Source: Actinomycetota bacterium
GTDB taxonomy: Bacteria; Actinomycetota; Acidimicrobiia; Spongiisociales; ZC4RG35
Direction of reading: 5' to 3'
NCBI GenBank assembly: GCA_034658975.1
Contig: JAYEGJ010000126.1
Coordinates: 1-57,436, forward strand
Length of the DNA: 57,436 nt
Shown here: in pieces, positions 9,530 through 19,780 of the stretch
Layout: every line of letters starts with the position of its first letter
Position numbering within the stretch: the stretch's first letter is position 1
Notes under the pieces: model-generated
The model's database searches: none
Told to the model about the DNA's origin: nothing
What the model saw: only the letters and a program-made list of their open reading frames with translations
Program-made: the position numbers and the translations under genes

Positions 9530-11479
9530 TCAGGTCTTGGTTCGAGCCCTTCGGGCGGGCAGGTAGAACCGATCCTCGTACTCGGCGACCATCCTGGCGG
9601 CGGTCACCTCTGAACCCAAGGTGCGCCACGAGTGTCTGATCCGATCGACAAAGACACGCCTCGACTCGAAGAACTCGTCACGGACGACAGTCAGCGTGTC
9701 GATGGCGGCGACCGCCTCTTCGTCGTCGCGCTGGTCGTCGTCAGGCGAATCGCTGGTCGGAATGGCCCATCCGTTCTCACCGTCGTACATCTCTGCCCAC
9801 CAGCCATCGAGAATCGAGCAGTTGAGACCACCATTGAGAACCACCTTCTCACCACTGGTCCCCGAGGCCTCCCTGGGCCGGATCGGATTGTTCAGCCAGA
9901 TGTCGCTGCCTTGTACCAGTCGCGCACCGACCCTGATGTCGTAGTCGGGGATGAAAGAGAATCTTCCGTTCGAGGCCTCGGAATCGGCGAAGGCGAGAAT
10001 CTCAGCAACCAGGGCCTTGCCGGCGAGGTTGGCCGGGTGAGCCTTCCCCGCAAAGACAAAATGGACCGGCCGGGAGTCGTCGGCGAGCATCTCGACCAGA
10101 CGGTCATACTGGCGGAGAAGAAGGTTTGCCCTCTTGTACGGGGCAAATCGCCTGGCGAAGCCAATCACCAATGCTTCGGGATCCAGTTCTCCGCCGACGC
10201 CGGCGATGAGTTCTCCAAGGCGAGCCTTCTGTCGCAGTCGTCCTTCTTCGATGACGCTTTCGTCGATTTCACCGGCCCTAGCCCACGCCTCGGTGGAGCC
10301 GAGATTCCAGCCCAAACCGAGGTGCTCGTCGAAGATCCGCTGAAACTCGTCGCCGGTCCATGTGCGGGCGTGGACGCCGTTGGTCACATGTCCTATCCCC
10401 TGCCCCTGCTCGAGGTTGGAGAAGAGTTCACGACTCACCTGACCATGCAGTTTGGATACGCCATTGGCCGCCTTCGAAACACGAAGACACATGGCGGCCA
10501 TGTTGAAGTTTTCATTGTCATCCGGGTCTTCGCCGAGGGCCCAGAGTTCATCGACTGAGATGTTCCACTTCCTGGCCCATGGCTCGAGATATGGGACGAC
10601 CATCTCGCGAGGGAACTTGTCAATACCTGCCGGAACGGGGGTGTGGGTGGTGAAGATCAGACCCTTGCCGATCTCGTCAACCGCCTCGGCAAGGCTGCCG
10701 TTGATCAGGCGGTCGATCAACTCGAAAGCAATGAACCCTGCATGACCCTCATTGAGATGGTGGACCTCGATCGACAGACCCATCGCTTCCAGTGCTCTGG
10801 CGCCGCCAACACCCAGGACCATCTCCTGTTGGAGACGGTATTCCTTGGATCCGAAGTAGAGATGGTCCGTGATCAAACGGTCGTGGTCGTTGTTCGACTC
10901 GAGATCTGTGTCCAGAAGAAAGAGACCAACCCGCCCTACGTCGATCCTCCATACGCGTGCCTGCACATCGCGACCCGGTAACGGCACCGAGATGACTACT
11001 CCGGTGTCCCTGGCGCCGACGGACTCAGGCGTCACCGGCTCCCAATACTCTGTCTGCTCCCCACCTTCGACGCTCTGGTGATAGACACCCGCGCGATAGA
11101 AGATGCCCAAGCCGATGAGCGGAAGACCGAGGTCGCAGGCCGCCTTGAGATGATCCCCGGCGAGCACCCCCAACCCACCGGAGTACTGGGGCAGGAGATG
11201 AGAGAGGCCGAACTCAGGCGAGCAGTAGGCGATCGTCGGATCCGGCCGAGAGACGTCGTCGAGCCTCTCTAGCTCGGCATCCAGTTTCCTCATGAACTCG
11301 TGATCATCTGCAAGAGCCAGGCATTGCTCATCGGACAGAGAGCGCACGGTCGAGACGGGATGACTGGTGTCATCGGCGCCCGGGAGCGAGGCCAGCAGAT
11401 CGCGGGCGGAAATGTCCCACGTCCAGCGGTAGTTCGCTGCCAGGTCAACGAGGCGCGCCCTCAAATGGTCTCTGTTCAA
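9530..11479 (-). CDS. glgP: Alpha-glucan (maltodextrin/glycogen) phosphorylase, GT35
   Basis: 649 aa. AYCSPEFG, HLNEGHAGF, TNGVHARTW and the PLP-lysine region EASGTSGEKVVLNGG. Confidence 0.9.
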   Translation of the reverse strand: MNRDHLRARLVDLAANYRWTWDISARDLLASLPGADDTSHPVSTVRSLSDEQCLALADDHEFMRKLDAELERLDDVSRPDPTIAYCSPEFGLSHLLPQYSGGLGVLAGDHLKAACDLGLPLIGLGIFYRAGVYHQSVEGGEQTEYWEPVTPESVGARDTGVVISVPLPGRDVQARVWRIDVGRVGLFLLDTDLESNNDHDRLITDHLYFGSKEYRLQQEMVLGVGGARALEAMGLSIEVHHLNEGHAGFIAFELIDRLINGSLAEAVDEIGKGLIFTTHTPVPAGIDKFPREMVVPYLEPWARKWNISVDELWALGEDPDDNENFNMAAMCLRVSKAANGVSKLHGQVSRELFSNLEQGQGIGHVTNGVHARTWTGDEFQRIFDEHLGLGWNLGSTEAWARAGEIDESVIEEGRLRQKARLGELIAGVGGELDPEALVIGFARRFAPYKRANLLLRQYDRLVEMLADDSRPVHFVFAGKAHPANLAGKALVAEILAFADSEASNGRFSFIPDYDIRVGARLVQGSDIWLNNPIRPREASGTSGEKVVLNGGLNCSILDGWWAEMYDGENGWAIPTSDSPDDDQRDDEEAVAAIDTLTVVRDEFFESRRVFVDRIRHSWRTLGSEVTAARMVAEYEDRFYLPARRARTKT

Positions 11480-11502
11480 AGTGTGTCTCCTTGGCCTGAC
11501 TG

Positions 11503-12987
11503 TCAGAAGTTGCGATCACTGGTGCGATTGAGAGCAGCAAGCCGACCAGCAAGGTCTACGGTCGCAGCACCCGGAGGCATACGCCAAAGCCAGTTGCCTT
11601 CGGCCGTGCCCGGATAGTTCATGCGGGCCTCGTCACCAAGGCCGAGCAAGTCCTGCATGGGAGCTACGGCTATCACCGCCAACGAGCCCCACACCGCAGA
11701 CACCAGATCCCAGGCATAGGTCTCGATCGTGCCGCCGCTCAGGGCGAGCGCCTCCTCCCGATACTTCTCGGTCTCCTCCAGAAGCCGGCCCAGTGCCGTG
11801 CCGTTGTCGTGGGTGCCGGTGTAGGCGACGCGATCCTGAGTGAAACTATCGGGATGATCGGGATTGCCCGGATACCGGTCAAACCCTTCCTGGGCGATCG
11901 CCATGCCCGGATAACCGAGCTTTCGCCTCTCGACTTCGACCAGGTCACTGATGGGGCCAAGGTCCTCGAGAATGAAGGGCCGGGATCCCATCCGTCGCTC
12001 CAACTCATCGAAGAAGGAGACTCCAGGACCGTCGCGCCACGTCCCGCCCATCGCATCCGGCGAGCGACCGTCGATCTCGTAGTACCTGATGAAGCCTGTG
12101 AAGTGATCAATGCGGAGCACGTCCGCCTGTCGGAAGTAGTTCTCGAGACGTCTGAACCACCAGTCGTATTTGTCTTTCTCGTGCTGTCTCCACCGGTACA
12201 GCGGAGTGCCCCAACGCTGACCGGTATCGGAGAACATGTCGGGGGGCACCCCGGACACGACGGTGGGCTCGCCGGCTTCATCAACGGTGAACAGTTCGGG
12301 ATTGACCCAAACGTCAACGCTGTCGGCGGCGACGTAAAGGGGAACATCTCCGATGAGCCTGACGCCCCGGTCCGCGGCTTGCCGACGGAGCCGGCCAAGC
12401 TGGCGGTAGAAGACGAACTGGCCGAACGAATGGAACTCGACCTCTTCGGCAAGGTCGCCATGTGCGGCCGCCAGCGCCGAAGGCTCACGCAGACGCAAAC
12501 TATCCGGCCAGTGGGTCCAACTCGCCTCCCCAAAGGTCTTCTTCAGGGCCATGAAAAGCGAGTAGTCATCGAGCCACTCCGCCTCCGCACGGCGGAACGC
12601 TTCGAAATCGGAGCGCAACTCTCCGACGAGACGGCTGTAGGCAATGCGCAACAGCACGGTCTTCGACTCGCCCACAATTTCGTAGTCGACGAAATCGGCG
12701 CTTCCCACTTCGGCCAATTCGCTCTCTCTGAGAAGGCCGTCTTCGACCAAGACTTGGGGTGAGATGAGCATCGTGTTGCCCGCATAGGAAGAGAACGACG
12801 AGTAGGGCGAATTCCCGAACCCCGTCGGGCCCAACGGCAGAACCTGCCAGTAGCGGCACCCCGCCTCCACCAGCCAATCGATCCATTCGAAGGCTCCGGG
12901 ACCGAGATCTCCAATGCCGAACCGCGACGGAAGGCTGGTCACGTGGAGAAGGACGCCTGAAGACCTGTCGAACATCGACGATTTCAT
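11503..12987 (-). CDS. malQ: 4-alpha-glucanotransferase (amylomaltase, GH77)
   Basis: 494 aa. GVLLHVTSLPSRFGIGDLGP, IGDVPLYV, RIDHFTGF. Confidence 0.9.
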   Translation of the reverse strand: MKSSMFDRSSGVLLHVTSLPSRFGIGDLGPGAFEWIDWLVEAGCRYWQVLPLGPTGFGNSPYSSFSSYAGNTMLISPQVLVEDGLLRESELAEVGSADFVDYEIVGESKTVLLRIAYSRLVGELRSDFEAFRRAEAEWLDDYSLFMALKKTFGEASWTHWPDSLRLREPSALAAAHGDLAEEVEFHSFGQFVFYRQLGRLRRQAADRGVRLIGDVPLYVAADSVDVWVNPELFTVDEAGEPTVVSGVPPDMFSDTGQRWGTPLYRWRQHEKDKYDWWFRRLENYFRQADVLRIDHFTGFIRYYEIDGRSPDAMGGTWRDGPGVSFFDELERRMGSRPFILEDLGPISDLVEVERRKLGYPGMAIAQEGFDRYPGNPDHPDSFTQDRVAYTGTHDNGTALGRLLEETEKYREEALALSGGTIETYAWDLVSAVWGSLAVIAVAPMQDLLGLGDEARMNYPGTAEGNWLWRMPPGAATVDLAGRLAALNRTSDRNF

Positions 12988-13997
12988 CGCGATCCCCGAG
13001 TCTCGGTCGTGTTTCGCAGAATCAGTTTGTGAGGAAGCACCCGATCACCGTCGTACGGCCGTCCTTCAACGGCGTCCAACAGAGCCTGCACGGCGACCTC
13101 GCCTTGTTCGAAAACGGGTTGATGCACGGTGGAGAGGCCCATGGCCTCGGCGAAGTCGTGGTCGTCGAACCCCATGATGGCCAGAACCCCCGGAACGTCG
13201 ACTCCGAGTTCGCGCGCCGCCTGCATGGCTCCCGCCGCCATCTCGTCCGAAAGACAGAAAAGGGCGGTGGGAGGATTCTCCATCTTCAAGAGCTCGCGGG
13301 TGGCATCCGCTCCGCCGCCGATGGAGAAGTTCGCGTTGAAGACGAGCGAATCGTCCACCTCGAGACCTGCGTCCTGGATGGCCTGCCTGAAGCCGGCCTC
13401 GCGTTCACCGGGAATCGACAATCGCGTGGGCCCGTCGGGCATGCCGCCCAACATGCCGATTCGGCGATGACCCAGCTTGATCAGGTGGCTGGTCGCCTCC
13501 CGAGCCGCTTGGACATTGTCCACTGCCACGGTGACGACGCCCTCTGTGGGCTGACCCACGGCGATCATGCGCACACCCCGATCCAATAGAACCTTCACCT
13601 CTGCCGCCTCGATGGGTATGTCAACGAGAATCACCCCATCCACACGTCGGGATCGGGGCAGGACGTCTTCAACGAGGCGCCGGCGCTGCTGGTCATCCCC
13701 CGCGACATGGAGCTGGATGTCGTACCCGGCGGCTGACGCGACAGCCTCGACGCTTTCCACCACCTGGGCGTAGTACCACTGACCGGGCAGTGGCACCGCC
13801 ACGATGATGGTGTGGCCCCCGGTCGAAGACAGGTGCGCCGCGTAGGGATCGGGCACGTAGTCGAGTCTCGCCGCCACGGCCTCCACCTTCTCCCTGGTGG
13901 CCGGAGCGACCGAGGGCAAGCCGCGCAGAGCACGACTGACCGTGGCAACCGAGACCCCGGCCTCGTGTGCGACGTCGCGAATCGTGACACTGGTCAT
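12984..13997 (-). CDS. LacI-family transcriptional regulator
   Basis: 337 aa. N-terminal HTH VTIRDVAHEAGVSVATVSRAL plus a periplasmic-binding-protein-like sugar-binding core. It has 4-nt overlaps with both neighbours. Confidence 0.9.
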   Translation of the reverse strand: MTSVTIRDVAHEAGVSVATVSRALRGLPSVAPATREKVEAVAARLDYVPDPYAAHLSSTGGHTIIVAVPLPGQWYYAQVVESVEAVASAAGYDIQLHVAGDDQQRRRLVEDVLPRSRRVDGVILVDIPIEAAEVKVLLDRGVRMIAVGQPTEGVVTVAVDNVQAAREATSHLIKLGHRRIGMLGGMPDGPTRLSIPGEREAGFRQAIQDAGLEVDDSLVFNANFSIGGGADATRELLKMENPPTALFCLSDEMAAGAMQAARELGVDVPGVLAIMGFDDHDFAEAMGLSTVHQPVFEQGEVAVQALLDAVEGRPYDGDRVLPHKLILRNTTETRGSR

Positions 13998-16987
13998 TGC
14001 ACACCCACCATGGGAATTTGTCCGAAGTCATCGGGATCGAGGTCGTCTATCGACCCCGATGTCACCGCCGGGTAGTCGGCCAGGAGCGCCTCTCCTCCAC
14101 CTGGAGCGATGACGTCATAGATCCGCGTGTGGTTGATGTCGTCGGGTGCTCCGCCGCCACGCCATTGCTCGGCGGTGACATTGATGTCGCGGACACGGCG
14201 GACGCCGGGCGACGGGAACCCCTCCTGGCTGAGAACGACTACCGCATAGCTCCACGAAGCAGTATCCCCATCTCCGAAGATCGCCTTCGGCACGCGCACG
14301 ACGACCTTGCCCTGATCGCCGAAGACGGCAATCGAGATCGTTGGCTCCGTCTCCTCTGTGGACCCATCGGCCGACGCCACGAAGACCGCCGACTGCCAGC
14401 CTTCGATGGTCACCCCGTACTCCCACCCGCTTCCATCGGCGAGCGCTGCGTTACGACCGGGGAGCAGGAGCCGGGCACCGGTGCCGGTGCCGGGATCGGT
14501 GTCGATGTACACGTCGAAGGTCTGCACCGAGAGGCCTGACGGTGAGCCCCACGGGTTCCCAATAGGGCTTACAACCTCAAATGTGAATACAACCTCGTCT
14601 CCTTCGGTGCCGGCCTGGAACCGGGTCAGGTCGTAGCTGCCGGCCGCGAACACTCCGTCGCTCGGATACACGTACGTCCCCGGACCGTGATCGTCGCCGA
14701 TCGGATCCTCCACGTCGAGGAAGACCTCGACATCGGAGATGTCGGGAACCTGGAAGCCCAGCGGCCCTGTCTCCGGCAGCAGGGATTCGTCGATCAGAGC
14801 CTTTGCGAGAACGATGTTCCCGCCCTCGAGGGCGCCGAGTTCGGCTAGTGGAACCGCGATCTCCAGCGTCTCACCGGCAGCGGCATCGAGATCGAGGCAC
14901 CTCGACGGATCGAAGTCGAGAATGGGATTGCACAACAGGGCACCGTCGGCGCCGGCCACCAGGACGTGGGTCGCCCCAAAGCCGAGGACGCTTCCCTCGT
15001 AAGAAGTCGAAGTTTTCGAACCCTGGGGGGCGCCGATATACAACTCGACGCCGGACCCGGCGTCCCCGTCGTAGCGGAGGTAGAGGTTCTCCTTGTCGAA
15101 CGCCCACCACAAGCCGGCTGCTTCGTAGAGGCCGGCGTCGTCCCAGGCGGGTTCGGGCTCACCGTCAATGTCGATCGTGATCAGATCAACCGGTGTCCTG
15201 TCGGCGGCGACCGGTGTCTGGGGGATAATCGGAACGTCAACAAATCCGGGCCGGTCCTGGCCAAGAGCGTCGTAGACCTGGCCCAACAGCTCACGGAAGG
15301 CCCGATCGAAATAGGAATCGTCGCCCGAGTCCTGGTCAGAGCCATACCACCAGAACCAATCCGAGCCCTCGGCGAACAGCATCGCCTCCGTGGCATCCGC
15401 AAGCGCTTCCGCGGAGACCTCGCCCGACTGTTCCGCCTTGCGCAGGTCCTGACGGGTGTCGAAGAGGTAGTCCCAGGCGTCGGCCTCCTCCTGTTCGCCG
15501 ATCCAGGTCGCGTAATTGGGCTGGAACCACGAGGCCGGGAACACGTTCTTGATCGGCTCGGGCTCCCCGAAAGCTTCGAGGTAGGCCGACGGCGTGGTGA
15601 TCTCGAGCCAGTCGGTGTCGGCGAGACGCTCATAAAGGGCGTTGAGAAAGTCGATGCCGTCGTTGTCGTAGTGCTCCCACGCGTTCTCGCCGTCGAGAAT
15701 CACCGACACCACGGCCGGGCTTCCGGCGTCGTGGGATGCCTGGACGTCGATCGACTCGTAGACCGCCCGCAGTCTGGCGATCAGGTCGTCAACCGCCAGG
15801 TCGGGTGGCATGCCCGAGTACTCGAACCCGATCTGGTCTGACAGGCGGATGTCCCGGAAGAATATCGCCACCGGGTCACGCTGATTGACCTGGGCCGAGT
15901 ATGCCTTGTAGAGCGTCGTGGCCTCGATGACCGTGTCGCTCGAGTCTCGCTCGAAGGACCCGATGTCGAGGGTCTTGGCCAGGACGTCCTCGCCGGTCGC
16001 GATCCATTTGACGCCGTTCTTGGAGATCAGGTTCATGATGTCCTGAGCGACGGCACCCTCACCAGGCCACATTCCGGTGGGACGCCTGCCGAGCAGACGC
16101 TCGGCGGTGTCGAGCCCGCGCAGCACCTGCTGGTCGGCGTCGGCGATCTCGCGCAAACGGCTCGACGGCATCGTGGCTGCCGGGTCGCCAACCAGGGCGA
16201 GATTCGTGTCGGCAAGGAGGGGAAGAATCGGATGGGCCAGCGGGGTCGTCGTCACCTCGATGCGCCCTTCTTCCCACAAGCGGGCGTGAAGCGGAATGAC
16301 GTCCTGGATGATTCGAAGGTGCTCGTCGAATAACACCAACTTGTCCTCCTCGGCATAGTCCCTCTCCTTGGCGACAAGAGAAGCGAGAGGCTCTTCTGCG
16401 AGGAATCCCGGGTCGGTCCATGCGAGGTTGAAGAGAACCTGGAGATCCCGGAAGTCACCGTCGGTCCACGACTCGACCACACCGGGGACACCTTGAGCGG
16501 CCCGGGCATCGGCCAGCTCCTTCAGTCGGGGGAACCTGGCCACGATCTTCGAGTTCACATCGAAGAGGCGCTCGGCAATGAAGGTCTTCTCCTCGAGCGT
16601 CAGTTCATCGGCCGGTATCTCCGATGCGACCCAGTAGGAATCCTTGGCCCCGTTTGCCAGATCCTCGAGCTGGAGGAGGAGCACGGGCGTGAGGTTGAAC
16701 GTGGCCGTCACCTCGGGATAGTTCTCGAGCATGGCTGCCATGTCCCAATAGTCCTTGGTGGCGTGGACCCTCACCCAGGGACGGGTGTAGACGCCGTCGG
16801 CATCCTTCGGATAGAAGGGCTGGTGCTGGTGCCAGACCAGGTTCACAAACAACTCCGGCTCGTCAATCTGCGGGACCGTCGTAGTGGGAGCGGGGGCCAG
16901 GGTTGTCGTCGTGGTTGCCGCCTCGCCGTCAGAAGTGCACGCGGCAAGGACCAGGGACAACAGCGCGGCTAGAGCAATCGTCCTCAT
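13994..16987 (-). CDS. GH57-family alpha-glucan hydrolase lipoprotein (amylopullulanase-like) with glucodextranase-like C-terminal domain
   Basis: Trimmed to ATG 16987 (MRTIALAALLSLVLAAC lipobox). GH57 signatures WHQHQPFY, HATKDYWDM, DGENAWEHY. The C-terminus (DDHGPGTYVYP...FDVYIDTDPG) resembles the glucodextranase C-terminal module. Confidence 0.85.
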   Translation of the reverse strand: MRTIALAALLSLVLAACTSDGEAATTTTTLAPAPTTTVPQIDEPELFVNLVWHQHQPFYPKDADGVYTRPWVRVHATKDYWDMAAMLENYPEVTATFNLTPVLLLQLEDLANGAKDSYWVASEIPADELTLEEKTFIAERLFDVNSKIVARFPRLKELADARAAQGVPGVVESWTDGDFRDLQVLFNLAWTDPGFLAEEPLASLVAKERDYAEEDKLVLFDEHLRIIQDVIPLHARLWEEGRIEVTTTPLAHPILPLLADTNLALVGDPAATMPSSRLREIADADQQVLRGLDTAERLLGRRPTGMWPGEGAVAQDIMNLISKNGVKWIATGEDVLAKTLDIGSFERDSSDTVIEATTLYKAYSAQVNQRDPVAIFFRDIRLSDQIGFEYSGMPPDLAVDDLIARLRAVYESIDVQASHDAGSPAVVSVILDGENAWEHYDNDGIDFLNALYERLADTDWLEITTPSAYLEAFGEPEPIKNVFPASWFQPNYATWIGEQEEADAWDYLFDTRQDLRKAEQSGEVSAEALADATEAMLFAEGSDWFWWYGSDQDSGDDSYFDRAFRELLGQVYDALGQDRPGFVDVPIIPQTPVAADRTPVDLITIDIDGEPEPAWDDAGLYEAAGLWWAFDKENLYLRYDGDAGSGVELYIGAPQGSKTSTSYEGSVLGFGATHVLVAGADGALLCNPILDFDPSRCLDLDAAAGETLEIAVPLAELGALEGGNIVLAKALIDESLLPETGPLGFQVPDISDVEVFLDVEDPIGDDHGPGTYVYPSDGVFAAGSYDLTRFQAGTEGDEVVFTFEVVSPIGNPWGSPSGLSVQTFDVYIDTDPGTGTGARLLLPGRNAALADGSGWEYGVTIEGWQSAVFVASADGSTEETEPTISIAVFGDQGKVVVRVPKAIFGDGDTASWSYAVVVLSQEGFPSPGVRRVRDINVTAEQWRGGGAPDDINHTRIYDVIAPGGGEALLADYPAVTSGSIDDLDPDDFGQIPMVGVQ

Positions 16988-18855
16988 CACGCCACCACCA
17001 CTGCGGCCCGGGGCGCCATCGTCACGATCGATCCCTCGACGCTGCCTTCGCCCCACAGGACTTCTGACAAGGCGTCGTCACTGAAGCTCGCGACTTCGTC
17101 AGACCTGTTGATGGCCACGACCAGTCGCCGATCGCCGAGGGTCCTCTGAAACGTGAGGAACCCGTCCCGGCCTTCGAGCGGCCTCCACTCCCCTGTGACG
17201 AGAGCGGGCTCCTTCCGCCGCAGCTGCCCGAGTTCCCGGAGGGTCTGGTGTACCTCATGTTCCGTGGGGTCATGTTCCGTGGGGTCGCCCTCCCAGGGGA
17301 ATGCTCCCCGGCTTGCAGGCTCGTCTCCACCTTCGAGGCCGACCTCATCGCCGTAATAGATACCCGGGGCGCCCGGATAGGTGAGCTGGAGGACAGTGGC
17401 GAGGCGGAGCCTCCAGGTCTCGCCGGCGCTCTCGGTGAGGAAGCGGCCGGTGTCGTGGCTGCCGATCAGGTTCTGGTTGGCGAGGGTCACCGGCCAGGCG
17501 TACTGAGCCCACATGCGTGAGAGGCCGTCGATCATCCCATCGCCTCCGAGGTCTCCGGCAGCGAAGAAGCGGGTGCAGAGGTCGCGGAAGGTGTAGTTCA
17601 TGGTTGCGTCGAAGCGATCACCCTGGAGCCACGGCGAGGCGTCACCCATGACCTCACAAAGCAGATAGGCATCGGGCTTGACCGCGCGCACCACCTCCCG
17701 GAAGTCATTCCAGAAGTCGGGGTCTACGTAGCGGACGACATCCATTCGCCAGCCATCGATGTCGTATTCCCTCGGCCAGTGGGCGGCCACGTCAAGCATG
17801 TAGGAGCGTGCCTCCGGGTTGGCGAGGTTGACACGTGGCATGGTCGGAACTCCGTACCAGGCCTCGAAACTCGCCTGAACCGGCCTGACGATCCCGTCGT
17901 CGGATATGAGAGGGAAACCGAGTTCGGTGCCAAGTCCGTCGATGTAATCACGGAAGTCGGAGTCTGATTGAGCCCGGTCCGATCGATACCGAATACTGAC
18001 CGGCCACTCCTCGACGACGAACCAGTCCCAATACTCAGAGTCCGGACCCTTCTCGGCGACGTCGGCGAACGCAAAGAAACGGGGGTGAACGTGATTGAAC
18101 GAGGCGTCCAGGATCACCCGTATCGATCGGGCGTGTGCCTCTGCGACCAAATCCTTCAGGGCCTGGTTGCCGCCCAGCATCGGGTCGACGGTGTAGTAGT
18201 CCACGGTGTCGTAGCGGTGATTCGACGGCGAGACAAAGATCGGGTTCAGGTAGAGGACATCGACCCCCATCTCGCTCAGATAGTCGAGACGCCGGATTAT
18301 CCCCCCAAGGTCTCCACCCTGGAACCCGCGCCGCTCCGGCGGCGACCCCCAAGGGTGCAGGCCGGTGTCGTCGGCGTGTTCACTTCGAGCGAAGCGATCG
18401 GGAAAGATCTGATAGATGCCGGCGCCCTTGACCCAATCGGGAACATCAAGGGCATCGGACGCAGTCAGCTTCCACCGGTCGATGCGCTCCACGGCGTTGC
18501 TGATCCCTGACGGGACCCGATAGACGCCCTTTCCGTTCGGAGCACTGAACGCAAAGGAATACTCGACATCTTCAACGAAGGGCCCGACGACCACCTCCCA
18601 GTAGATGAATCGGATGGTCTGAGCCGCTCGGGCCATCAGATATCCGGCTACTTCCTTGCCCTGACGAACCACGAGCATTCCGTCACTCAGGGCGGGGTCG
18701 GTCCAAACCCTGAATCGAACCGAGCCATCGGCATCGGAGTCGAGGAAGGCGCGATTAACAGGGTCGAACCGCACATCCCAGGGCGAGAGATCGCCGGGGG
18801 AGCCATAGACGCCGTGGTCGTCCGCCAGGGGGCGACGCTCAGCCTTTGACGGCAC
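16987..18855 (-). CDS. GH13 alpha-amylase-family enzyme (cyclomaltodextrinase/neopullulanase-like)
   Basis: 622 aa. YQIFPDRFA, GGDLGGIIRRLDYLSEMGVDVLYLNPIF, DGWRMDVV, CEVMGD, IGSHD. No signal peptide. Confidence 0.9.
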   Translation of the reverse strand: MPSKAERRPLADDHGVYGSPGDLSPWDVRFDPVNRAFLDSDADGSVRFRVWTDPALSDGMLVVRQGKEVAGYLMARAAQTIRFIYWEVVVGPFVEDVEYSFAFSAPNGKGVYRVPSGISNAVERIDRWKLTASDALDVPDWVKGAGIYQIFPDRFARSEHADDTGLHPWGSPPERRGFQGGDLGGIIRRLDYLSEMGVDVLYLNPIFVSPSNHRYDTVDYYTVDPMLGGNQALKDLVAEAHARSIRVILDASFNHVHPRFFAFADVAEKGPDSEYWDWFVVEEWPVSIRYRSDRAQSDSDFRDYIDGLGTELGFPLISDDGIVRPVQASFEAWYGVPTMPRVNLANPEARSYMLDVAAHWPREYDIDGWRMDVVRYVDPDFWNDFREVVRAVKPDAYLLCEVMGDASPWLQGDRFDATMNYTFRDLCTRFFAAGDLGGDGMIDGLSRMWAQYAWPVTLANQNLIGSHDTGRFLTESAGETWRLRLATVLQLTYPGAPGIYYGDEVGLEGGDEPASRGAFPWEGDPTEHDPTEHEVHQTLRELGQLRRKEPALVTGEWRPLEGRDGFLTFQRTLGDRRLVVAINRSDEVASFSDDALSEVLWGEGSVEGSIVTMAPRAAVVVA

Positions 18856-19780
18856 CCTGAGTCAGACCCGAGACGATGTACCTCTGGAGGAAGAGGAACA
18901 GGATGACAACTGGAACGCCGGCCATAAGGGCACCGGCGGCGAAGGGACCCCAGCGCTGGTTGAACTGGTCGCTCAGGAATCTGAACAGACCAACCGACAG
19001 CGTGTAGTTCTCCGGACTTCCTTGACCGAGAACCGCGTCGGCGAGGACGAAGTCATTGATCAGGAAAATGAACGACAGGAGGAAGACCACGGCGAGGATC
19101 GGTGCCACCAGCGGCAGGATGATCCTGAAGAAGACCTGATGGTGGCTGGCCCCGTCGACCTTGGCCGACTCGTCGAGATCCTTGGGGATCGTGTCGAAGA
19201 AGCCCTTCATCAGCCAGGTGTTCACGCCGAGAGCGCCGCCCAGGTACACGAGCGTCAAGCCGGATTTGGTGCCGAGGCCGATGGCCGGGAACACACCCTT
19301 GATCTGGACCATGATCAGGAAGATGGCCACGAAGGCGAGAATCTGAGGGAACATCTGGATCAGAAGCACCGCAAGCAGGCCAACCCGACGCCCCTGGAAG
19401 CGCATTCTCGAGAAGGCATAAGCGGCCAAAGCCGAGAGGAAGGTCATGATGACCGAGGCCCCACCGGCGATCATGATCGTGTTCAGATACCAACTCGAGT
19501 AGGGAATCGCGCCGGAGAAGAGCACCTTGTAGTTCTCGAGCGTGAACGAGTCCGGGATCAGCCTCTGCGAGGTCAGAGTCCCGAGAGGATTGAGCGAGGC
19601 GGAGACCACCCAGATCACGGGGAATAGGGCAAAGATGAGGGCTGCCCAGGCCACCAGATGCCTCCAGCCAACAGTTCTGAACCATTTGATGAGCGGAGTG
19701 CGGCCGCCAACGACGGCTCCGGTACCGGCCTTGGTCTTGACTTGGGCGGGAACTCTGCCCTCTTGTGGAATTGCCGTCAT
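18839..19780 (-). CDS. malG: Maltose/maltodextrin ABC transporter permease (MalG-type)
   Basis: 313 aa, 6 TM, EAA loop DESAKVDGASHHQVFFRIILP. Confidence 0.9.
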   Translation of the reverse strand: MTAIPQEGRVPAQVKTKAGTGAVVGGRTPLIKWFRTVGWRHLVAWAALIFALFPVIWVVSASLNPLGTLTSQRLIPDSFTLENYKVLFSGAIPYSSWYLNTIMIAGGASVIMTFLSALAAYAFSRMRFQGRRVGLLAVLLIQMFPQILAFVAIFLIMVQIKGVFPAIGLGTKSGLTLVYLGGALGVNTWLMKGFFDTIPKDLDESAKVDGASHHQVFFRIILPLVAPILAVVFLLSFIFLINDFVLADAVLGQGSPENYTLSVGLFRFLSDQFNQRWGPFAAGALMAGVPVVILFLFLQRYIVSGLTQGAVKG

